64,000 nt of DNA, from assembly GCA_013239625.1 (NCBI GenBank), contig MU053561.1:4695214-4759213 (forward strand), read 5' to 3'. This DNA is from Lama guanicoe (lineage: Eukaryota). Below are positions 39,881 to 52,725 of the stretch, piece by piece. Positions within the stretch are counted from its first letter, which is position 1; every line of letters starts with the position of its first letter. Below the pieces are notes generated by a model. It did no database searches. It was not told the origin of the DNA and saw only the letters and a program-made list of their open reading frames with translations. Position numbers and translations under genes: made by a program.

Positions 39881-41817
39881 ACGGAAAACTTCTAGAGCTC
39901 ATCGATGTATTAGGCAAAGTTGCAGGATACAGAAATCTGTTGCATTTCTATACACTAACAATGAACTACCACATAGAGAAATTAAGGAAATAATTGCTTT
40001 TACAGTCACATCAAAAAGAATAAAATACTACAAATAAACCTGCTAAGGAGGTAAAAGACCTGTACTTGGAAGGGTATATCATGTTCATGGGTTGGAAGAT
40101 TTAATATTGTTAAAATGACCATACTACTCAAGGTACTCTAGACATTCTGTGCAACCCCTAGCAAAATATCAAAGGCATTTTTCACAGAATTCAAATAATT
40201 TAAAAAATTGTAGGAAACACAAAAGCCCCAAATAGCCAGAGAATCTTGGAAAAGAACAGAGCTGGAGGCATCACATTTCTTAACTGCAGACTCTACTACA
40301 AACTACAATAATCAAAATAGTGTGGTACTGGCACAAAAACAGACACAGATCAGTAGAACAGAATGGCAAGCCCAGAAATAAGCCCACGGAGTTATGGTCA
40401 ATTAATCTGTGACAAAGGAGGCAAGAATATGCAACAGAGAAAAAGGCAGTCTATTCAATAAATGGTGCTGGGAAAACTGGACAGCTACATGTAAAAGAAT
40501 GGAATTAGAACATTCTCTAACACCATAATACAAAAATAAACTCAAAGTGAGTTACAGACCTAAATTTAAGACTGGGCACCATAAAACTTCTAGAACAAAA
40601 CATAGGCAGGACACTCTTTGACATAAATTGTAGCAGTATTTCTTTGAATCTGCTCCTGAGGCAAAGGAAACAAAGCAAAAATATACAAATGGGACCTAAT
40701 TAAACTTAAAAGCTTTTGCACACAGCAAAGGAAACCATCAACAAAAAGGGAACCTACTGACTGGGAGAAAATATTTACAAATGTTAGGACTGATAAGAGG
40801 TTAATGTCCAAAATATATAAACAGCTCATACAACTCAGCATCAGAAAAACAAGCAATCTGATTTAGAAATGGGCAGAGGACCTGAATAGACATTTTTCTA
40901 AAGAGGACATACAGATGGCCAACAGGCACATAAAAAGATGCTCATTGTTGTTAATCATCAGAGAAATGCAAATCAAAACCACAGTGAGATACCACCTCAC
41001 ACCTGTCAGAATGACTGTAAACAAAAAGACCCACAGATCAAACAAATGCTGGCGAGGATGTGGAGAAAAGGGAACCCTCCTCATACACTGTCAGTGGGAG
41101 TGTTAATTGGTATAGCCACTGTGGAAAACAGTATGGAGGTTCCTCAAAAAACTAACAACAAAGCTACCATATGACCCAGCAATTCCACTCCTGGGCATAT
41201 ATCTATAAAAAACAAAAACATTAATTTGAAAATACACGTTCACCCCAGTGTTTATAATAGCATTATTTACAATTGCCAAGATACGGAAGCAGCCCAAATG
41301 TTCATCAGCAGATGAATGGATAAAGAAGATGTGGGGTGTCTAAATATATACACACACACGCACGCACGCAGGCACACACACACATAGAGGAATACTAATC
41401 AGCCATAAAAAATGAAATTTTGCTATTTGCAACAACATGGATAGACTTGGAGGGTATTATGCTAAGTGAAATAGGTCAAACAGAAAGACAGGTACTGTAT
41501 GATATCACTTATATGTGGAATCTAAAAAATACAACAAACTAGTGAATTAAAAGAAACAGACTCACAGGTATAGAGAACAAACTACATTATTAGTCAGGAG
41601 AGGGAAGGGAGGAGGGGCAAGTTGGACTCAGAGGATTAAGTACAAACTGCTATATATAAAATAAATAAGCTTCAAGGATATATTGTTCAGCACAGGGCAT
41701 ATAGCCAATATTTGATAATAACTATAAATGGAATATGATCTTTGAAAATTGTGAATCACTATGTTGTACACCTGAAACATATAATACTGTACATCAACTA
41801 TACCTTAATTTAAAAAT
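39881..41817 (+). mobile_element. 5'-truncated L1 (3' half of ORF2 plus 3' UTR), sense to TRIM33
   Basis: The ORF at 40915..41106 resembles L1 ORF2. TT/AAAA target site, with diverged TSD AAAACTTCATTC (39866) / AAAACTTTATTC (41818). Confidence 0.92.
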
Positions 41818-42061
41818 AAAACTTTATTCTTCTCTCTCCTTTGCTCTCCTTGTAATTATCATGTATTATATTCTTTCTGTTTTCTAACCCCCGCTGAAAA
41901 TTTTATTACTGATTTTATATAATGTTTAAGATTTTTCTCACTTCTTTACCTCACTTTCTTTTTTTTTTTTTCCTTCTTACTTCCCAGGCCTTTTGCCTTG
42001 GTTCATCTTCCTTGCCTGAAGTTTATTACTTTTAGAATCTTTCAGTAAAAGTCCACTGGTA

Positions 42062-42167
42062 GTGCTCACTTTGGCAACACACATACTAAGATTGGAACTA
42101 TACAAAGGAGATTAGCATGGAGCCTGTGCAAGGATGACACGCAAATTCATGAAGTGTTCTGCATTTT
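42062..42167 (+). pseudogene. Full-length U6 snRNA retropseudogene
   Basis: GTGCTCACTTTGGCAACACACATACTAAGATTGGAAC...GGATGACACGCAAATTCATGAAGTGTTCTGCATTTT aligns without gaps to U6, about 16 mismatches in 106 nt by eye. The ACAGAGA box is mutated to ACAAAGG. A TSD flanks the insert. Confidence 0.95.
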
Positions 42168-43760
42168 GTACCCTTCCCCAAGCGTCCTGACACCCTTTGC
42201 TGATTAACCACTAACTCTGCCAAAAGTTCACTTGTAGTGAATGTTGTTCTAGTTTGTCTAAAAATATCTGCATTTTGCTTTCATTTTTTGAAAGATATTT
42301 TTGCTGGGCATAGTATTTTATGTAGGTTTCAGGTTTTTTTTTTTTGTAGTCAGCACATTGGTTATATCTGTGCATTGCATTTTTGCCCTTAAGGGGTCAG
42401 CAAACTTTTCTACCTGTTATTCTTTTGAGGTAACTTGTCTTTGTTTTCTCATTGCCTTTTAGGATTACCTCTTTTGATTTGGTTTCCTTAATCTTTGGAT
42501 TATGTCTTTCAATTAATAATCTCTCCAAATAATGCACCTGTTGCATTCTTGTCTTTCCTTCTGAAACTCTGACATCTGTATGTTAGACTCCTTTGTACCA
42601 TTCTCCATGTCTCTTAACTGCTAAAGTAGCAATGATACCTAGTTTTAAGCCCTTACTGTGCTTTAGTAAACAAAATATTGTGTTTATTAAGTGCTTTATG
42701 TGGTTTTGATCAATTCTTGGAATAGTCCTGTAAGATAAATATGATCGTTACATACTTTTCTGAAGAACTGAGACACAGTAGATTGTCCAAATCATCTATT
42801 ACTGTGAAGACAGTAATATTATCTAGTCATTAAGTCTTTCTAAAGATTAAGTGAGAGAATCCATGTAAGATACTTAGCAGTGCCTAAAAACTTACAAAGT
42901 TCTAAAAACAGGCCAGCTGTTGCTATATCTAGGTTGATAAATGCCTAGATAAAATAAAATGCTTGGGATTTTTTCAGAGTAATCTTGAGGATAGAGTGAG
43001 TGCTACATTAACAAAATTGGCTTTACATGGATACTTTTTGCTATTGGATGGTAGTTTCAGTGAGATTAAACCTGTAGTTTAATATGTGCATGGAAATTTA
43101 TGTAGTTTTATGTGATTCATATTTATTAAGTTTTATGGAGTAACTGAATTAAGAAAGAAACAGAATCAGAATTACTACATATCAATTTTTAAAACTGTTT
43201 CCCTGATTTTTAGTTTGGATACAAACTAAGATGATATGTTTCCCTGGAAGTGCCAGAGTAAAATCTTATTGTTAAACACTCTGACAATTACTAAGGATAA
43301 TACTGTAATTATTTGGCAAACAGAGTAGCATCCTTGTATAACTCAGGACCTAATCAGACTCTACATGTGCATTCAAAAGTTACGGTTTGCAGTTACTAGC
43401 TAAGTGATTCTCACATTACTTATGAGAACCATATTTTCAAAAGCTTCTTTTCTTAGAAAACTACATTAAATAATAATTTATTTTTCAATAATAAAAATAT
43501 ATATAAGCATGATAATTCTGTCCAAAACATAATAATCAATGGTTCATAATATTATTATTGGGTAATATGTGTTAAACTGAGTTTTATAATTCTAGCCAAA
43601 ATCACAGAAGGTCTTACTTATAAGGCCTAAGTAACTAAATCATAGAAAAGCATAATTTTTACCTAGACATTTTGAAATACTGAAATTAGCTCACTGTGAT
43701 TAAGAATCCCATGTTAAGAATCACTGCTTCATATGCAAGGTTAAAATCTAAGACATTGCT

Positions 43761-43890
43761 GGGGGAGGGTATAGTTCAAGTGATAAGAGTGCATCTTAGC
43801 ATGCAGAAGGTCCTGGGTTCAATCCCCAGTACCTCCTCTAAAAAAATACATAAGTAAACTTAATCCCCCTGACCCTAAACAAACAAACAA
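43761..43890 (+). mobile_element. tRNA-derived SINE (Vic-1-like)
   Basis: GGGGGAGGGTATAGTTCAAGTGAT...GGTCCTGGGTTCAATCCCCAGTACCTCC, an (AAAC)n tail and flanking aaaatctaa repeats. Confidence 0.9.
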
Positions 43891-44596
43891 AATCTAATTG
43901 CTGTCATGTATTTACATATTAACAAAATTATGCTTAGTTCATTTATTGGTTGTTCATCTTTCCCCCCGTTCCTGCAGTATTTCAACTGTAACTTTTAATA
44001 AGTTCAAAAAGAAAATTCAGTGTTAGTTAATTTTGTTAGCTAAGAGAATCAGAAGTAGCTTGTAGCCGAAACTACTTCTATATTGTTTCTTTGTTTTCCA
44101 AGCTTCAAGTAGTATTTTTCTCCTAATACAATTGAAATTTACTCAGGTGAACAGAGAGAATTTTGATTATCAGTGTTCAATCAATCCCTTGATGGTTCAC
44201 TATTATTTATCTGAATCTAACTTCAAACGTACAGTGCTCTTTAGCATCTGGTACCTCACTACGCTTCTAGCTTTGTGTTCTTTTCCTTAGCCCTGAAAAT
44301 GACAGATGGCTTTAGAACTGTGTGCTTTTTTGTACGTTGAGATTGTTTTCCCCCAGTGAAAGCTCTTGCCTCCCTCCTGAGTTTGTTTACCTAGAAAGCT
44401 CTTACTCATTCTTTAACGTCCAGCGCAGATGTCAGCTCCTTTATGAGGGAAAGGACACATACTTTCACCTAGGTGTATCATGGTATGTTTGCTTGCTGCA
44501 TGTTCACATGAATGCAGCAAGAGATTTCTAGAAACAGAATTCTAAACCATTTATTTTGAGGTGAGAAAAGAAATAAATTTGTACAGCATTAAATTT

Positions 44597-44631
44597 TACA
44601 TTTGATCTTAGCCGAAAGGCCGAGAAGCGAC
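44597..44631 (-). pseudogene. 3'-truncated (tailless) U2 snRNA retropseudogene, U2 nt 1-35
   Basis: The reverse complement GTCGCTTCTCGGCCTTTCGGCTAAGATCAAATGTA matches U2 ATCGCTTCTCGGCCTTTTGGCTAAGATCAAGTGTA at 32/35. Flanking direct repeats match at 15/17. Confidence 0.92.
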
Positions 44632-45103
44632 ATACAGGGTTAAATTTTATGAATTAAAACTTTGTGTGTTATTATACTAGTTGACCTTTCTACCAGTTGC
44701 CTTCTTATTTGCTGACATAATTAAATTTGGGTCCAAAGATCCTTCCTCACAATGTAAAGCTTAAGTCAAAAGGATTAGCATTATAATCTCATATTCCTGT
44801 TCTATTTGTACAGATTAAACAAAGTAAAATTTTATTTTGGACATACCATAGAGATTATGGTATAGGAAATAAAGTGTTCCTTCAATGAAGGAACAATCTT
44901 TAGATCACCTGTGTTAAGAGTAGAACCTCTTTTAAAAGCCTTTTAAATTAAAATAACTCACATGCTTTTGTGCTGTTTAATATCTATGTGTTATAATGTG
45001 CTAAACTTTACATTTTAGACAGGGTATCTTTCGCTTGAAAAAATATTCTTAAAAATCGTAAAACAGTGCATTTTGTTGTGTGTATTTTACTACAGTAAAA
45101 AAA

Positions 45104-45256
45104 TTTTTTTAATTGAGGTATAGTCAGTTTACAGTGTGTCAATTTCTGGTGTACAGCACAATGTTTCAGTCATACATGAATAGACATATATTCATTTTCA
45201 TGTTCTTTTTTATTATAGGTTACCACAGAATATTGACTATAGTTCCCTGTGCATAC
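45104..45256 (-). mobile_element. Short young L1 3'-end fragment
   Basis: ttttaattgaggtatagtcagtttacagtgtgtcaatttctggtgtacagca. Confidence 0.8.
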
Positions 45257-46226
45257 AATAAAAATTTCTTAATGCACAAAATAAAAATCTCATTTGCCAG
45301 CTGTTCTCAGTAACACCAATCGATCCCCCTGTTGCTCTAAACTTTCTCATCTAATGCTCTCTATTTTTTTCTTGACCTCTTGGACCCCACCACTTAGCAA
45401 ACTTTCCTTTTGTTAACAAATTCATAGCCTTTCCATCTTAATTGAGACCTTCACTGAAGGCGCAAACATCTAGATGCTCATAGTCTTCCTCTTTGTCTCA
45501 GTTTTGGCCTTTAATGATTTTAGTGTCCATGTGGACAATTATAACTTTGTCAGTACCTTGAACTTCTCATTTCCAGTGATCTTTTCTTGACTCAGCCTTA
45601 TCTTGGCATTCAGTTTTTGGTCATACCACAGACCTTGCTTTATATGGTTCTAGTTAAACTCCCAAATTACCAAAAGTGCCGATCTCTGTGACAGACTCCA
45701 CTGTTCAAATTTGTTTGTTCAGCTATACCAGTTAGTACTATACCCTGATACCTCATCTGAGCTGTTGTCTTAGAATTCTAGCCGGTCTTCCCTTTCTCTA
45801 TTCTTCAGTTCTATATTTTATATTTCTGTTTGATAATTTTCCTAGGATGTAAATCTGATTATTACATCTTGTTTGGAATTTGTCAAGGGTTTCCCATTAC
45901 TGAAAAACTAAAATCCAAAAATTAGCATAGGATATTCTGCTCTTCACAGTCTGGTTCTGGATTTTATTGGTTATTGTCTCATATTCTGACCTTTGCATGG
46001 CTTTCTTTAGGTATATTAACATATGTGTAGTTCCCCATATACTCCTCTTTACTTAGCATAGGATAATACTGTTGTGACTTCTCTGTGAAGCATGCCTTGG
46101 TGTTGAGTCAGATTTAGATACTGCGTTGTTGTGCAGACTGTGTATGCCTCCAGTATAGCTCTTTTCACAGTGTGGTATCATTTCATATTAGTTCCTATTT
46201 ATTATAAAAATATGTACAATAATGGA

Positions 46227-46316
46227 TTTTTTTTTTAACGGAGGTATTGAGGAATTGAACCTAGGACCTCCTGCATGCTAAGCGTACTGTCTACTTCTGA
46301 GCTATTCCCTGCCCCC
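46227..46316 (-). mobile_element. tRNA-derived SINE (Vic-1-like)
   Basis: ggaggtattgaggaattgaacctaggacctc...ctgagctattccctgcccc with a T-tract. Confidence 0.85.
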
Positions 46317-47139
46317 TTATAATAGAGTTTTTTTAACCTGTGTATCTGTAGCATATAGAAGAAGCCCAAAAGTATTTGTTGACTTAATGAATAATTTACA
46401 CAAAGATAATAAAACTAGCAAAGAAAACCATTTTGCCTTCCTAGCAACCAAAGAACTGTAGTCTTTACTATTAAGTCTAATTTTCTCTATAACAATATTA
46501 GAAAATCTTAACATTCACCGCTATGTTGACAAAGTTACAGTAAAACTGGTATTGGTCATATTTTTAACTGATAGAACCCTTTTGGAAAAGTTTGACAGTA
46601 TTTACAATCTAGAACTAAAAAATTATTTCAAGTGGTGATTGTAAAGACAAGCTAAAAAATGAAAGTCACATGCAAAGTTGTATGTATGTTATGATTACAC
46701 TTGCATTTAAAAATGTGTAATAAAAAGACTAAGGAACTATATATTACAGTAGTAGCAGTGGTTTTATGATGTTGGAACTGTAGGTGATTTTCTCACCTTT
46801 AAAGGTATTTTATATAATGTGGTTGTATTTTATGACTTAAAATGTATACAACTTATGCCACCATTTGGAGTTTAAAAAAATGTAATCCTGAATCAAAACT
46901 CTAATGTAAGAGTACTCAGTTTTGAGTGATTCTTTTTGTCTTACAGTGGCTTCTCAAGGTCGGGTTAAGAGGGAAGGGATTGGTGTTTAAAAATTGCTGA
47001 TGACAAAGGGGTGAGTGGCCAGCACAGAATGTTGGTCATTTAAGTAAGATTTCAAGATTGACTCAATGCAGCAGTTCTTTATTTCCAAACCACAATCATA
47101 AATTTTGTTTTAAATGTAATTTTTGTTTTGTTTTTAAAG

Positions 47140-47256
47140 ATATCAGTTTTTGGAAGAAGCTTTTCAAAACCAGAAAGGTGCAATTGAGAATCTACTGGCT
47201 AAGCTTCTTGAGAAGAAGAATTACGTTCATTTTGCAGCTACTCAGGTGCAGAATAG
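47140..47256 (+). CDS. TRIM33: TRIM33 coding exon (exon 5, 117 bp): start of coiled coil
   Basis: tttttaaag| ... TAG|gtaagt. Translates (R)[38 protein letters not shown](R). Phase 2 to 2, after a 30,384-bp intron. Confidence 0.97.
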
Positions 47257-49634
47257 GTAAGTGTTTCCTTAAAACTGTAATATCACTTAAAGGATCATTA
47301 AACACAGTGCGTCCAGTTTAAATTTGTTTTCCTTCTATATTATATTAAGCATATATAGAAAACTGTTTTTGGAAGGGTAAATGGTATGTTTGAGTTTGGA
47401 TTATAGTATTTGTTAATTAAGGAAAATTCAATTGACTAAAATTTTGAATACTCTTAGGATACATCTTTGACTATTTTATAATTAATATGACTCTAGTGTT
47501 TGTAGATTAAATGTAGAAAACACAATTAAGATGTAGAGAGTTGAATTACAAAATTTACTAGAGACTGTGGAAGAAGAGAGAGTATGAAGAGTAGTGGACA
47601 AATTAATTTTCCATCTGTAAAACCGTACTTAGTGGTATTATTACATAAGATGCATATATAGCACGGTTTCTGGCACATAGTAAACCTTCAGATTTTGGCT
47701 GTTATTATAATTTTTATCAGTAATACTACCTGTTTTTTGAAAATTCCATTTTGGTTCGTTTCTAAATAAATTAAATTTATTGATAAAACAAGTGGGACTA
47801 AGAAATGAGAAGATAAAGATTAAGACTCTTAGAGAGTCCTTAAAGACAAGCACTTGGAGCTGGCATAATTAAAACTCTTATGTTCTTCGAGGTACGAATA
47901 AGGTTGTTATGTGTTTATTCTTTATATTCACAAAAATTGAGACTTCTAGATTCTCTAGAATATTAAAATTAATTTATGACTATTTAAAATGGCACAGAAA
48001 ACTCAAAAATATTGAATATGAATGAATGAATAGTACATTATATTAGAAAATAGTACATTAGACATTAGTAAGGTGTTACAACTTTCATCTTAAAAAGTGA
48101 TACCAAAGGAAAATAAAGGCTCCTCAGAGGCTGTAGATAATGTGTAAATATACACATATGCACTAGTCATGGTTAGTTCTTATGGCTATCTCAGAATGGT
48201 TTTTCATATTGCTCATATATTGTAGGTGATATTGGAGAAGATAACTGTCTTCTCATAAATTACAGATACATGTCCTTCTCAGAGAAAGGATAGTGAGATA
48301 ATTCATATGACAGTCCCATATTTTTATATATATATATATATTTTGTACATATTTTGTATATATGTTCCTGAAGCTGTGTAGAGACGTGACGTTTATGTGT
48401 TACAAGATTGCAAAGGGTTGGGGAGATTATTTCATCTCCAGAAGGCTTTAAAAAAGTATTAAAATCTCTAATGATACTTCTTCTTTTTAGATAGATTCTT
48501 CAGTGACCTTTCTCCATTTTGTAATGTACATTTGTTTTTTTTCTTCCTTCACAATGGAACATATAGTATCTGTGCTTAAATCCAGGAGAGTTTGACTGTG
48601 GCTAACTATTCTCTGCTTTCAGCATGCTTAATGAGTCCAACTTTTGGCCGAATCATTTTAAGTTTGAGTCATATATTTCTTATCACTAGTAATCAGCACT
48701 CTCATTTAAAAAAATGTGTTCACTCAATAAGATAAGGACAGAACTGAATAAAATTTTCAAAAAGTACCTCAACAGCACTGATGTACAAAGGAAGGAATAC
48801 TACATTTTTGACAGAGTATTAAAGTTATTCAAATTTGAATTTGGCAAATGAAAGGCAATTTTAGGAATTGAAAGTGTAGGTTATAGTTCGTACAGAAGTA
48901 GAAAGTATAAAAGTTGAAGATTGCCATCTTATGATTGTTAACATTTTATATATTTATCGGTGAGAGTCTTCTCTTCCTATTTTATAAATAGCAAGATAGC
49001 AGCTATTTCATATTTGCAACCGAAACTTTAGTAACCTTATGGGAACTTATACCTATTTCTAAAACATCTAACATATTTTTAAAAAAGAAATGAAAATGTT
49101 TATTCCCTTAACTGTATATAATAGGAAACCATTTTGAGAAGAACCTATGAAAGGGGTGTATCTGAATTCAAATTTGAAGTGGTTAAATTATGAGCCAGAC
49201 TAAATACTTCTAAGCTTCCTACTGTTTCAAAAGATAATAGTATCGGTTACAGCATTGGTTTTTTTGCACATTGCTCTTAGAAAGCATTACTATTAAATAG
49301 AACGAATGTGCCACACTTGACACTAACCAGCAGTCGTTGATGTCAGATGTTTGTATATCACATTCATAGGAACTAAAGGAGATTGCCATCCAGATTAATA
49401 AACTGTCCTTTATGAACTTAATTTAAAGTCACTAAATCCATTCTTTATCTACATACTTAACTTGTTTGGACCAAATTGAGTGGTTAGGTCTGCCAAAACA
49501 TGAATTGTACATTTTGACAAAGGTTTAATTTTAATTATTCGGTTAAGTGCCCAGTTGGATGAATTTCTGTAACAGTTGATGATTCAGAGACATAGGATAA
49601 GTCAATAACCTAATGATGCATTTCTCTTATTCAG

Positions 49635-49749
49635 GATAAAAGAAGTAAATGAGACTAACAAACGAGTAGAACAGGAAATTAAAGTGGCCATTTTCACCCT
49701 TATCAATGAAATTAATAAGAAAGGAAAATCTCTCTTACAGCAGCTAGAG
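49635..49749 (+). CDS. TRIM33: TRIM33 coding exon (exon 6, 115 bp): coiled coil
   Basis: cttattcag| ... GAG|gtatgg. Translates (R)[38 protein letters not shown]. Confidence 0.97.
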
Positions 49750-50469
49750 GTATGGTTCAAAGCCAAAATAAAACAAAAACTTGCTTCTCTTGCTCTTTAG
49801 CTGTTTTTAATGTTTATTGAAAGCTTTTTTCGATTGGTTGGGGGGAGTATGGAAGTAAAGTAAATTAAAAATTTTTTTTGTTTGTTTTTTATTGGAAAAT
49901 TGACCTTTTTCAAGTTAGTTACTTTGCAGCCCAATTTAATTAATAACACTGATTTTAGCTACATAAATTAGGAGATAGTATTGTCCTCTTAGGAATGAAA
50001 GAATTATTACTAAAAATGTGATGTAAATGAAGACAAAGCTGATCCACCACATCCTCTCTTCTCCCCACAAGTTGGGTCCTCGGTTTAACTTTTACATGTG
50101 AATTGGGAGTCTTACTGACTGATGTGTGTGCTTCACTTTATTTTTTAAGGTGTTCCATAGTTTGCTAAAAATGCTGCTCATTTTGAAATTTATAAACTTA
50201 CTGATAGTTTTGTTGTATTAAGTCTTTGTGTTGCGTGTTTTGAGATTAGTATGTGGATGTAAATTTCTAGATGAGAATCCAGTCAATTTGTGAAATGCAA
50301 ATTAAATTTTAATCAAAGCCTTTATTGACCATAGTTGATGAGTTTTCAAATTTTGTGCTTTTAAGTAGGCTTAGATGATACGGGGTTATGTTTAAAGCAA
50401 CATTGAATAGTAACAATTTAAATTATGTGAATATTTGATTATTTAACTTTTAATTACTATTAACCTCAA

Positions 50470-50605
50470 TTTGGGGGTTATGTAATTAGGTATGTATGTA
50501 TGTATGTACATATGTATGTATTTATTTAATGGAGGTACTGGGGATTGAACCCAGGACCTCATCCATACTAAGCATATGCTCTACTACTGAGCTATAACCC
50601 TTCCC
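50470..50605 (-). mobile_element. tRNA-derived SINE (Vic-1-like) with a (TATG)n tail
   Basis: ggaggtactggggattgaacccaggacctc. TSD-like ctattaacctca / ctattaatctca. Confidence 0.88.
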
Positions 50606-51984
50606 TCTATTAATCTCACATTTTTCATAGATTTTTTTTCTATTCCACCCCATCATAAAATATTGTGGAAATATTAGATACAGTCCCATACAAATAAAAG
50701 AAATTATGGCAGCAGAGTACTATTTCTGAATTTCTGTCTTTTGAAATACATCCTGTCACTGAGACACAATTGTGAGGTTAAAAGTACTCTCACACATACC
50801 ATTAAATTTTGAGGTCTCCTGCAACTGTTGTATGTCCAATCAAGTTGCATTTCACCATATAAAATTTTTGTTTTCAAAAGAATCTTGTAAATGGAGAACA
50901 TTAGCAAGCAATTTTTTTTGATACCTTTTAATTTACTGTAAATACATTTTAACTCTAGGTCCAAAGTAATGTTCTGAAACCATTTCAAGAACTTTTGAAT
51001 AAAAAGATGAGTAATAAATTAATGCTAATATATACACAAATACCTAATGATAAATCTGCCACATATTCCTAACATGCTAATAATTTAAGCAATAGATGTT
51101 TCCTAGTGTAATATGTTTCTAAACTTTGTAAACTAGAGGTTTTCCTAAGTTTTAAGGGATGATTTCCAGGAAAGTTGTAATTGAAATTTCTGTCAGTTGA
51201 ATATTTTTATCCATTGATTTACATTTTGAAATGAGCAACTTGTTTCCTTAGGGAAAAAATTGTTAAGTAAACCAAGTTGAGTCATTTTTGTAAGAAAGTA
51301 GTTAAGAACAAAGAGGCAAGTAGTTTAGCATGCTGAATGTCAAAGGACATGGGGCATCACCTCTCCCTTCTGGAAATTTTAATTCCCAGAAAGCAGTTTG
51401 TTTTTCCTTTGCAGCAAATTCTCCAAATTCGTCTTTCCTTCAATCTTCACTTATTCCCTTGTTCTTTATGATTTTTTGTCAAATGAGAAGTTTCTCTAAC
51501 TCTCCTCTTAGAACTCTGGAATTCATCTTTCTTCTTTTGTCTTAAATATTTAAAAAAAGATTTTAACTTCAGCCTCATTCCACATCAGTAGGTGGCACTG
51601 GTAACGCAGAATTTTCTTTGGCCTGAGAAGTGTACTGATTATATAAAATTATTTCTAAAAGTAAGCTCAAATGTCATGTGAAGGCTCTGTATATTGGATT
51701 AGCCTAGTAGACACTTTTTAACAGATACTTTGATCTTCTGAAGGAAAAGGGAGACATCATTGGCATTAATTTCTATATGTGGAATGTCTGTTTTAGCCTA
51801 GAGAACTCTTTTAGTCCCACTTTTGTTAGTGACTTTTTCCTTGATCATAGACTCATTAAATAATGAGGAGCTTATTAAGTGATCCCATTTAAAAAAATAC
51901 AGGTATTGTTTTCATTTGCAATAGAAAATATGAGTTGATTTTTTTCATATAAGATTCTTCAGTGAACCTCTTGTTCTATTTCAG

Positions 51985-52131
51985 AATGTTACAAAAGAGA
52001 GACAGATGAAGTTGCTACAGCAGCAGAACGACATCACAGGCCTTTCTCGGCAGGTGAAGCATGTAATGAACTTTACAAACTGGGCAATTGCGAGTGGCAG
52101 CAGCACGGCACTGCTGTACAGCAAGCGACTG
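51985..52131 (+). CDS. TRIM33: TRIM33 coding exon (exon 7, 147 bp): coiled coil
   Basis: ctatttcag| ... CTG|gtgaga. Translates NVTKERQMKLLQQQNDITGLSRQVKHVMNFTNWAIASGSSTALLYSKRL. Confidence 0.97.
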
Positions 52132-52607
52132 GTGAGACACATACATAGTATCTTATTTTCTTTAAACTGCCTTTATTAAGATATTATTTACATTCAGTGA
52201 ACTGCACCCATTTAAAGTGTAATCATATGTAATCACAGTCACATCAAAGTACAGAAAATTTCCATCACTAACAAAAGATTTCTTGTTCCCCTCTATCCCT
52301 GGTCCTAGGCAACCATTAGTCTGATTTCTATCATTTTCTAGAATTTCATATAAATGGAGTCTTACAGTAGGTTTTAAGTCAATCATAGGTTTTGAAGTTA
52401 CCTAGTAGTATAATGTAGTTTATTGCCAGAAATGGCAGAAATTCAAGCATGTGCATTTGATTGTTCATATAGTCAGTCTTTTAAACACTGATACTGTCTC
52501 ATCTGAGACAGACACTGTGGGGCTACATGAGCTTTCATGTCTTTATCTTGTATGTTTTCTTAAGTGATATTTAATTTTAAAACTAATGTGAATTTTTTCC
52601 CTTTAAG

Positions 52608-52725
52608 ATTACTTTTCAATTGCGCCATATTTTGAAAGCACGGTGTGATCCTGTCCCTGCTGCTAATGGAGCAATACGTTTCCATTGTGATCCCACCTTC
52701 TGGGCAAAGAATGTAGTCAATTTAG
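52608..52725 (+). CDS. TRIM33: TRIM33 coding exon (exon 8, 118 bp)
   Basis: ccctttaag| ... TAG|gtgaga. Translates [39 protein letters not shown](G), which includes the TIF1 signature region. Confidence 0.97.

Noticed and set aside
42062..42167. Functional U6 gene
   Set aside because: The ACAGAGA box is mutated, CpGs have decayed, it is TSD-flanked and no upstream PSE/TATA is evident.
43761..43835. Possible tRNA gene
   Set aside because: It has A/B boxes but also an A-rich tail, a TSD and several diverged copies in the window, so it is a SINE.
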